DNA of 63,227 bases, counting the filler, from Kipferlia bialata (Eukaryota), in the NCBI GenBank assembly GCA_003568945.1. It is 5 parts of 5 records of this genome, joined end to end, with 100 filler letters (N's around TTAATTAATTAA, not from the genome) between each part and the next. Parts side by side here need not be neighbours in the genome. Positions count along the whole stretch, not along the records: positions 42,231 to 56,195 come from BDIP01000875.1; positions 56,296 to 63,227 come from BDIP01000877.1; 3 more parts are not named here. The stretch is one strand, 5' to 3'. Positions 53,147 through 63,227 of the stretch are shown here, in pieces (position 1 is the first letter of the stretch; each line of letters opens with the position of its first letter). The translations under genes were made by a program, and so were the position numbers. The notes under the pieces are model-generated. The model saw nothing but the letters and a program-made list of their open reading frames with translations, did not search any database and was not told where the DNA came from.

Positions 53147-56122
53147 GCCCCTTATTCATGGACGTCACAGATGGTAGGGGACATCTCTCTCTCTCTCTCT
53201 GTAGCCCCTAACCTATATATATATTCTGTTTCTTTAGTAATTATTTCCCCCTTCTCTCCCTCCAATCCCTATTCTCTTTTCTTTAGCGTATACTATCTCT
53301 CTCTCTCTCTCTCTAGCCCCTTATTCCCAGATGTTGGTGTGGATGACATGGAGGAGGCCGCCAGCAGGCCCCCCTGCCCTATGTCTTCGATGCATACAGC
53401 ACACCCCTCGACAGACAGGTATATATATATATATATATATATACATATATAATATTGTATATATATTACCTTCTAATACATATATATATTCAATTATATG
53501 TATGTGTTTATGCCCCCCTACCCTATGTCTTCGATGCATACAGCACACCCCTCGACAGACAGGTATTTGTATTGTAATATATACTTAGAGTATAAATTGT
53601 AATATATATGAAGTGAATGTACATACCTATATATTTGTGTGTTTGATGCATACAACACACCCCTCGACAGACAGGTACTGAGTATAAGTGTCACACTATA
53701 TGTAATTATTGTGTGTAGCTCTGTTTCTCCCTCAACTATGCCTAACTCTCCCTCTCTCTATGTGTGTGTGTATGTGGCTCTGTCTCTTCTAACCCCAGTC
53801 CGACTCCTTCAAGAGTGCCGGTCGCACCCTAGAGTCCAGGTACAGTATATATCTCTCTCTCCTTCTCTCTCTTACACACACACACACTCTCCCTCCCTCT
53901 CTATACGTCTTAACCTGCAGGGACCACCTTGTGGGTCAGACCGATGATGACATTGCAGACATCGAGGGCGGAAAGAGGGAGTCCGGAAGGTAATCATTAG
54001 TATTATTATATATACAAGCATTCTATTAGTATTATTGTAACATTACTATTGCAGACATCGAGGGGGGAAAGAGGGAGTCCGGAAGTAATTTATATATATT
54101 TGTATTAATATATATGCACTTCTAATCCATAGACCCTCCTCCCGTGCCCCCAGGTACAAGGTTGAAATATTCATACATTTATATACACACAGAGGCGTAT
54201 ATCTAACTCTAAGGCCCTCCCGTGCCCCCAGGTACGGCAAGGTGCCCCCCCATGACTGGGACAGTGCCAGGGCACATGTACACGAGCCTAAGCCCAGGGC
54301 TCAGGTATGATACACTATAGTATATGTATGTGATGCGGCTAGTATACTCTATATGGGTATAGCATACTATATGTATATAGTGTATTGTATATATATATAT
54401 GACTGGGACAGTGCCAGGGTACACTTCCATGAGCCAAAGCCAAGGGCTCAGGTATGTAATGAACAGTATATATATATTCATATATCATCGTTGTTTTCAC
54501 TCTATCTCACCCTAGCCATCCAAGCCTGCCCAGGTCTCCTCCATCGTGGACCCCACCCTGACAAAGCCAGGTACATAGTACATGTACACTGTATACTATA
54601 TACTCTATATTCCATATATACACGCTTCCACAATTATTGGACCATCGTGGACCCCACCCTGACAAAGCCAGGTACATGTAGTGTATGCTCTATATACTAT
54701 ATACTCTATAGACTATACCCCAATATATACAATGTCCTCACCCCAGTGGCTGCTGCCCCTGCCCCAGCTGCTGCCTCACATGTCATATATACCATATATA
54801 TATATATGTATATGTATATTCTAGTACTATTTATATACACTAGTATCTCTGTTTAACCCCAGTGGCTGCTGCCCCTGCCCCAGCTGCGGCACCTTCATCT
54901 GCCGGGTCCAAGGTGGCGGTACGTTAAATAGTTAATATATATATAGAGAGAGAGAGATGCATATATATTAGTTATACTGCCCCATCATCTGCTGGGTCCA
55001 AGGTGGCGGTACGGCAAGATAGTATGTATGTATGTAGGTATATTGTATGTGAGATGATGTGAGTTTTGGTGTATCTTACTTACTCTAGAACCTGTTTGAC
55101 AAGCTCGACATCAAGGGTGTATTTAATTCTTTTTGTCACCCCTATACATACATCACATGTAATGATTGATGTATAGTGTATTGTTTTGTATCATACTTAC
55201 CCTAGAACCTGTTTGACAAGCTGGACATCAAGGGCATATTTAGTAATTGTCTCTCTTCTCTCTCTATATATATGTGTGTTCACGTACACTTATACTATAT
55301 ATACACTTATTCTTACCCTAGAACCTGTTTGACAAGCTGGACATCAAGGGCACCCCCGACTTCAACCCCTCCAACCCCCTGCCCACAGCTGCCCTGCCCA
55401 CCCCACAGGTACTCTCTCTCTCTCTCTCTCCTTCTAGACCCTTATTCTGAGTATATATATACATGAGTACATATATACTATGGTGTATATGATATGATAT
55501 GTATATGACATCACCTGCCCACAGCTGCCCTGCCCACCCCACAGGTACTCTCTCTCTCTCTCTCTCTCCCTCTCTCTCTCTCTCTCCCTCTCTATCTCTC
55601 TCTAGCCCCTAATACCAGACCCAGTCCCAGATGCCCTTTGTCCCCGCTATGCCCTATGCCCCACCCTTCCAGCCAACTGGGTTCACCCCCGGCATTTCAG
55701 TCCAGGTATGTACATTGTATATTATTTTATATGTATATATATAAGCATATATATGTATATGTACATTATATGTGTATTTGTATGAACATATATATGTACA
55801 TTATATGTATATGTATATGTATACATTATATATGTATATGTATGCATTCCTTCAATAGTCCTCATGTTATGCTTCAACTATATTCTATGCCTCACCCCCA
55901 GCCCTCCCAGTTCATCCCTGGCCCCCAGTACCAGGCATATGGACAGCACGTGGGATACAGGTATATATATATATACATATACTATATATATACACTATAT
56001 ATATTTACTATATATATATATATATACTATATATATATACTATTTATATATACTATTTATATATATATACTATATATTAATAATACCCAGTACCAGGCAT
56101 ACGGACAACACGTGGGATACAG
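51416..56122 (+). CDS. Hypothetical protein with low-complexity P/Q/Y-rich C-terminal part, 3'-partial
   Basis: MSGWSNTGRFGAKRWSSVTEALPAL|GQSVVVTSDFDANKHRTNWPRGQVVRVGHRAVDGK|DVPVPPAGDLVVQKDSDGSYMVFNRATHHGMAYKFMK..., in-frame GT-AG exons. No family recognised. Confidence 0.65.
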
Positions 56123-56142
56123 GTACAGTTATATATACCATA

Positions 56143-56195
<53 letters not shown>

Positions 56196-56295
56196 NNNNN
56201 NNNNNNNNNNNNNNNNNNNNNNNNNNNNNNNNNNNNNNNTTAATTAATTAANNNNNNNNNNNNNNNNNNNNNNNNNNNNNNNNNNNNNNNNNNNN
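56196..56295. other. Artificial contig spacer
   Basis: N-TTAATTAATTAA-N. Confidence 0.98.
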
Positions 56296-56728
56296 GCTGC
56301 TCTACCCCAACGAGCAGATGGGGTGGGGGCGCCTGATAGAGTGGGACCTGGACCGAGAGAGGAAGCTAGGGAGAGCGGATGATGACGCACCTCTGGAGAG
56401 GACAGAGAGAGTGGAGGTAGAGAGGAGAGAAAGACAGGGTGACGAGAGGAGAGAGAGAGTGGATATGCCGAGAGTGTATATGCCGGCAATGTTTATGCCG
56501 AGAGCGGATATGCCGAGAGCGGATATGCCGAGAGCGGATATGCCTAGGGCGGTTATGCCGAGAGGGGTTATGCCTAGAGGCTTCGAGGGTATGAATGACA
56601 GCGACAGTGAGAGTGAAGAGGAGAGTGAGAGTGGAGAGGAGAGTGAGAGTGGAGAGGAGAGAGAGAGTGGAGAGGAGAGTGGGAATGTCACTACGGATGG
56701 CTATCTTCAGAATATTAACTGGATGTGA
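56296..56728 (+). CDS. 3' end of a hypothetical protein with xMPRx pentapeptide repeats and an acidic tract
   Basis: Open frame ending ...DGYLQNINWM* (TGA 56726-56728). Confidence 0.5.
56462..56581 (+). repeat. 15-bp coding minisatellite, ~8 units (GATATGCCGAGAGCG consensus)
   Basis: Directly visible. Followed by 18-bp GAGAGTGGAGAGGAGAGT-like units. Confidence 0.85.
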
Positions 56729-56939
56729 GTTGTCGGTCTCAGGAATCAACATGGAATAGATATCATCGTTCATTTACTCACAACAACACACTCAAACCCA
56801 TTCCAGAATGACACATCCACTTCATAGGATATACCCATCACAGCTCTACCAGTCAGTGAAGAGGTCTCTCATACTCTCTCCCTTTCTGTCTCTCTCTTTC
56901 ACACACACTACTCACTCCCTCTGAGTCTCTCTCCCTCTG

Positions 56940-56986
<47 letters not shown>

Positions 56987-56989
56987 CCC

Positions 56990-57814
56990 TCACCTCTGCC
57001 CCCCTCCGAGTATGGACCTGAACATGTTCTTGACCACTGTGGTATCCACGCTCCCCCTATACGACACAGAGGGAGAGTTGGAGCCAGACACACTCCTCGA
57101 GAGAGAGGGGGAGGGAGAGGGGGAGGTGGGGGCACCGGTCACAGCCCACTTGATGGGGGCGGGGCGCTTGTCCGTCTCCCTCTCTCTCTCCCCTCGGCCA
57201 GAGAGAGAGGCAGGGGCTGGGGAGGAGTCTCCCTCGCTGGCACTGACCCTAGCCATCCCCCCTCTGCCCCTCACACTGCCCCTGCCACGGGGGGTGCCCT
57301 TGGGCCTCACGACGCCAGTCTCTCTCTCACCCTGTGTCTCTGTCTGAGGTACAGTGGGAGAGGGAGTGTCAGTACTCACAGTCTCCTCGGCCTTGCCACG
57401 TGTAGTCTCTGTCTCCCCCTCCCTCTCTCCTGTGTTGGACACCACCTTGTGGCTGCGTCTGGGTATGAGTGAGGGGGGGGGGGTATATACAGATGATATC
57501 CATATAAGTAATCTAAACAATACATATACATGTACGCCACATACACACCTGTGCCTGGAGGAGTGTCAGGGTATATACTGAAAATATACACACAGGTATG
57601 TGTTTGGATACTATATGTATAGGAACAATACATACACTTCACCCACCTGTGCCTGGAGGAGTGTAAGGCACGGGAGATGTGCTCGGCAGACTGAGAGTGA
57701 GATGCATATGATATATACAATAGAATGCAATATACCTGAGCTGCCAGCCTCTGGTCTGTCCTGGCACTCAAGGGATATACTCATATGTATACATATATGA
57801 ATACACACGTGAAA

Positions 57815-57854
<40 letters not shown>

Positions 57855-58017
57855 ATATATATATATACATCTATATACCCACCTGCGCTGCCAGCCTCTG
57901 ATCTGTCTTTACAAACTGGAGGGACAGGCACCCCCCTTCCTTGTGGGACTGACTGAATTCAACACCCGGCACCGCATGGATCTGGGTTAGTGATAGGGGT
58001 ATGTTTGCATATATATG

Positions 58018-58057
<40 letters not shown>

Positions 58058-59105
58058 AGAGAACTCAACACCCGGCACCGCATGGATCTGGAGGGTTAGA
58101 TATATATCAGTATCAGATATACATAGGTAGAGAGAGAGAGAAAGAGAGATAGAGAGAGAACTCAACACCAGGCACGGTATTGACCTGGAGGGCAAGAGAG
58201 AGAGATACAACTATATATATATGGCAACCCAGTATGGGGGCGCGGGTAAGAGAGAGAGAGGCAGAGAGCCAGTCCACGTACGAATGAGCTTGTACCAGGC
58301 AGAATCTAACCATATATATCAAAATTAGATATATATGTATATATATAGAGAGAGAATCTCTCAGAGATACAACTACATCACTATATAGAGAGATGCATAG
58401 ACTGAGTCCACGTACGAATGCCTTGTACCAGGCTGCGAGGCTGGGCTCCAGGGTGAGGTGCATGTCTCCATACTCGGTGCCTGTCGGATTAGAAAATATG
58501 CAGAGAGAGAGAGAGAGAGAAAGGGGGAGAGAGATGCTGTGTCAAAATGCTCTGTGTCTGTCTCATATGTATATGATTAGTGAGTGACAGCGACAGAAAT
58601 AGGGAACCGGCATACCTGTGAGGAAGTCACAGAGGGGCCGGGCCAGGCTGATGAAGGCAAAGTTATGCACTGAGGATTAGTATACCAGAGCAGTATATAT
58701 AGAAGTGGATACACCAGTTTTGTCTCTGGGGAGAGAGGGATGCATGGATATGTGTATGGTACCTTATCTGTCATGTATTACAGTATTCAGACTGATAAAT
58801 CCGCATGACATGTGTGTGTATCAGTGTATGACAAGTGACTGAGTGTGTGACAAGAACACTGAAGGAGAGAGGGTATGGGGCACTGTGGTGTATACATACA
58901 AAATATAGCATTGGATTCGGTAAACAACCAATACTAAGTCTAAACACACTGCAGGGAGAAGTGCAGAGAGAGAGAGAGAGAGACTGGCATCCATTGGTTT
59001 ACACAATCCATACACCATTGACATCCCCTATCCACCACCACCCTGCATACCTGGGTGTTGTCTGATTATGCTCAGAGACAGGTCCAAATGGTCTGCCGCG
59101 GGCAT
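56990..59105 (-). CDS. Hypothetical protein with a possible R3H-like N-terminal domain and disordered tail
   Basis: ATG 59105. Spliced ..DFLT|GTEYGDMHLTLEPSLAAWYKAF|IHAVPGVEFSQSHKEGGCLSLQFVKTD resembles the R3H layout with K-x3-H in place of R-x3-H. Last exon is ORF 56990-57520. Confidence 0.5.
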
Positions 59106-59404
59106 CGTATCAACTAGTGGGGCAATACAGGTTGGATTGATTGTGTGAAGGTCGTTGATTGGACCGGATTCAGACGCTTTTCAAAGCAAAGGGTTGGAAA
59201 CAGAGAGACGAGGGGCAAGAGAGAGTATCCAGGATACTCACTCTGCCACTCTCGCTCTGTTCTAGGTTCCAGGTGGGCTGAATATCGTTTGTGGGTAGAG
59301 AGTGGGTTGCCTGTCCATCCACACAAACTGACTTGCCAAAAAAGACAAATCAACAAAGGGTTCACCAGAAGCTCATCCTCCACTTGACTGCTCCTTTCTC
59401 TGAG

Positions 59405-59996
59405 ATGGTTAGGTACATTTGCGCTGATTGCGGTTCTCCCGTTGTCCTCAAGCCCGACTCCATCCCCGAGTGTGATGTGTGCCAGCACAAGGTGTGTGTT
59501 GGAGTTGGGAGATGTATTATAATGTCGATGATTGATTTAATATTGCATTGACAATCATCTGTGCTGTTGCAGTTCTCTTTAGACTCAATCCTGTTGTGCT
59601 CATATCGCGCCTTGTTTGTATGGATGTAGACGCATTTAGCAGGGTGTATACTTACGTAATGGTGGCAGAGGAAGCTGATGTATCTTCCTTGTCTGTATCT
59701 TTCTGTTCATTGTCTCTCCCCCTCTCACACCAGGTTCTGTACAAGGTCAGAGAGCCCATGCAGGCCGAGGACACAGGTATGAGGGGACTTAAATATTGTA
59801 TATTTTTTGTATTTGACTTGTATTGGCGTTCATAACCTGATATATCTTGTGTGATTCTATTGAGTGCACCCCCCCCCTCCCACCCCCTCCCCCATCCACA
59901 TCCCATTCCGTCCCTCCATACATTGCGTCGGTTACTCTCTTCCTCCGCTGTCTACATCATACTCTCACCCCAGTCAACAAGGTCAAGGCTCGGTAA
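59405..59996 (+). CDS. RPB12: RNA polymerases I/II/III shared subunit RPB12 (RPABC4)
   Basis: Exons 59405-59491, 59734-59776 and 59974-59996 give MVRYICADCGSPVVLKPDSIPECDVCQHKVLYKVREPMQAEDTVNKVKAR*: YIC..C / C..C Zn ribbon and terminal AR. Confidence 0.92.
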
Positions 59997-60271
59997 TCAA
60001 CTGCCTCTATCAATGCCATCCATCACCCTATGGCCCTTGGTGACCTGAGCCTGCCTCCTTTGGGTTTGAGTGACACACTCATCCCCATTGGTCCTTTCTT
60101 TGTCCCCTGTTGGTGTGTGTGGGGTGCTTATCACCTCCCCTCACCTCCATAAATCTTCATTCTATTTTAGGTGGTTGGGTACCCTGAATTTATTTCATTT
60201 CGAACCAATTTGTACGCACCGGAAATGTCGGTCTGAACTGTCTTCTTCGTACGTTGTCGTGGTTACAGGCC

Positions 60272-63147
60272 ATGTCTGACGTTCCTACACTTCGCATTAA
60301 CGGGGTGGAGATCCGGGACATCCCTGATGCCCCGGTAGACTCCACAACAGGCTCGGGACTCTCTAGGGTCTCCGAGGCCGCCCTTTCCCGTCTCTCGGCC
60401 ACCGGCACTCTGCCCAAGGCCGAGATGAACGCCCTTAAGAGGTATGTGACGCGTATATGTGCCTATACTACTATACAGCGATATCTATTGTGTTGGGGAG
60501 AGCCACATGATGTCCGTGTGTCAACTGAGGAACACCGATATGTCTTTCCATTTTCGACCATATACTTTTGACAATATGTTCTCAGCGGTGAACTCTGATA
60601 TGGTTAGATGATGTCTCTCCATGTATATGCCGCATATTCATAGGGTAGAATTCGTGATTCCCGACCGTATACGGTGAATATGTATTGTACTTGGAGCCCT
60701 CACTGTCTACTTCCCACCTCTCGCTTCTTCTCACCATAGCGATCTTCTAGGATCCCGCAAGTCTGCAGCCGATGCCGAGCTTGTGACTGCCACGACTGAA
60801 GTTAGGCAGATCATGACCAAGGTGGGTAGTTGTGTGTATGCCCCCCCCCCCCTCTCTTCTCTCCCCCCCTTGTTCATATTCCTGCTACCTATTCCTTTCA
60901 CCTCCTCACACCCCCAGGTCCGTGCCCGCAAGACCATCGAGCTGACCAGGATGACCCAGGAGGTATATTAATAATTAATACTGATACTGTACTATACTGA
61001 TACTGTACTATACTGGTACTGATGCTGATACTGATACTGATACTAGGCCGAGAGGAGGATGTCCCTGCACATCGAGGGGGAGGTCAAGCCCAAGGTGCTG
61101 CCCCTCCCGGACATCGGTACGCGGCACTGCCCTCTCTCTCTATACTTATGGTATATTCTCTCGTCTAATTATGTGTATATGGATACTTCAACCTCTATCT
61201 GACCCCTTAGAGGAGGAGGAGGCCGTTGCTGAGCTCCTGGAGGTCATGGCACACCACAAGAGTGTGGACCAGATGGTCGAGGTATATATATGTATATTTG
61301 TGTCTGTGCTGCCGTATGTCCCTCTCCTCACCGTCAGGAGCACGACACCAACCTCGCCGTTGGTCTCACCTCCAAGGAGAGGGCCGCCAGGCTCGAGAGG
61401 TGGGTGTTTTGTACATATAGGGTGTTCTCTCTGTGATTGTACTCTTGGATGTTCTTCTAATTATTTTACTATAATACTGTGACTCTCACCCACCCCAGAC
61501 ACGGTCTCAACAGACTGACCCCCCCTGAGGAGGAGAGCAAGATCATCCAGTTCCTCAAGTGCCTCGTGGGTACGTATTAGTCTTCTCTCTCTCTCTATAA
61601 ATGTATGTGTATAATCTATAGTTGTATTATCTGTTATGCTAACTCTCAGGCATCTTCTCCCTGCTGCTGTGGGTGCATTCTCTCTCTCTATTCTATCACA
61701 TTTATGTTTTCTCATNNGCTGCTGTGGGTGCATTCTCTCTCTCTATTCTATCACATTTATGTTTTCTCATTTTCTAACTCTTAGGCATCTTCTCGCTGCT
61801 GCTGTGGGCCGGTGCCTTCCTGGCCATCGGTGCCTATGTCATCCCCATCATGACAAACTCTGACGTCGAGCCTGACGTCAACAACCTCTATGTTGGCCTC
61901 GTCCTTGTGTTCGTGGTGGTGCTCACCGGCATCGTCACATACGTCCAGGTAGTTACAATACACCTCCCCCAATGCCCCCCTCCCCCCCCTCCCCAGTATA
62001 TATTCCTAATGAAGTCCTCTATACATATCTGTTAGGGTATATGTATATATATATATATCTAACCCCCCAGGAGGCCAAGTCCTCTGCTATCATGAAGTCC
62101 TTTGAGTCCATGGTCCCATCCAAGTGCACCATCCTCGTCGACGGACAGGTACGTGCATATAGTATATATACCCTGGGTGGCCTCACATCACCAAGACCTT
62201 TGTCATCACCCGCCACTCTGTCTCTCTCTTTGTCTAAATATTCCTCCCCTCTCACCCCAGGTCACCGAGGTCGATGTCATCACCGTCGTCCCAGGCGATG
62301 TCTGCGTCCTCTCTGCTGGAGACAAGGCACCTGCCGACCTCCGTCTCGTCGAGTGCTCCAACCTCACAGTCGACCAGGTATATATTTTATATACGCAATG
62401 AATTTGTTACATATTAGTGTTTTTATTTGTCCTTACCCCCAGTCTGCCTTCGATGGCGAGTCTGTCCCCGTCTCCAGGAACACTGCTATCTCAGGCGCCG
62501 ATGACTTCCTCTCCGCTAGGTATATAGCTATGTGTTGATTATAATGCAAATGCATATCCCTCATGTTGAACGCTTGTTCATTATTAGTGCTGACCATTAG
62601 GAACATTGCCCTCTACCCCTGCCCCGTCATGACTGGATCCGGAAAGGTAAGCTTTCTACAACATCCCCCTTGCTCCCTCTCTCCCCCCCTCTATTTATAC
62701 ATATTCCTCTCACCCCCAGGGCATTGCCTTCTCCACCGGTGACCACTCCGCCGTTGCCCAGATTGCCCAGGCCACACAGGGCGAGGAGAGAGACACCCCC
62801 ATCCAGAGGTATATATACTACACACACTCTCTCTACGTATATATATAGTGTATTTAGATAGAATAGTGTGTAACCCCAGGGAGATTGAGCACTTTGTCAA
62901 GATCATCTCCGTCTTTGCCATCACCCTGGGCGTTGTCTTCTTCACCATCTCCCTCTTCGACAGCAGCACAGTCTTCCTCGAGTCCGTCCTCTTCGCCATC
63001 GGTGGGTACTCTCTCTCTCCCTCCATTAGTATATATATATATATAGTGTGTATAGTATATACCTCACCCCCAGGTATCATTGTTGCCAATGTCCCCGAGG
63101 GTCTGCTCACCACTGTCACAGTCTCCATGTCCCTGGCCGCCAAGAGG
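60272..63147 (+). CDS. P2C-type Na+/K+ (H+/K+)-ATPase alpha subunit, 3'-partial
   Basis: [131 protein letters not shown], the diagnostic P2C M1-M4 signature. Confidence 0.93.
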
Positions 63148-63178
63148 TACTCTCTCTCTCTCTCTCTCTCTCTCTGTA

Positions 63179-63213
<35 letters not shown>

Positions 63214-63227
63214 CCCCCCCCCCCCCC

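Noticed and set aside
513..63143. Many ORF-track peptides rich in YIYI, SLSL, ERER or CVCV
   Set aside because: Translations of intronic (TA)n, (CT)n and (GT)n microsatellites, or antisense shadows of real exons.

Overview
Five unrelated ~14-kb contigs of an intron-rich unicellular eukaryote, joined by artificial N-TTAATTAATTAA-N spacers (13981-14080, 28056-28155, 42131-42230, 56196-56295). The microsatellite-laden GT-AG introns and the fused branch-point/acceptor motif (CTNAC-CCC-AG) suggest a fornicate/metamonad such as Kipferlia bialata (inference, not verified). Genes rebuilt by hand-splicing: STK11IP/nischarin-like LRR protein, BPI/LBP-like protein (5' part), a giant RNF213/mysterin-like AAA+ protein, CWF19L1/Drn1, RPS4 (3' end), CNOT1 (3' end), SPCS3, RPB12, a P2C Na+/K+-ATPase alpha (5' part) and several hypothetical genes. 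Most striking signal: introns of nearly every gene carry tandem 'echoes' (30-60 nt) of the adjacent exon edge plus splice site. These echoes differ from the real exon almost only at synonymous codon positions, so they behave like captured coding alleles rather than neutrally decaying junk. The RNF213-like gene lacks both echoes and microsatellites. Exon coordinates are manual and approximate, and no database searches were run.
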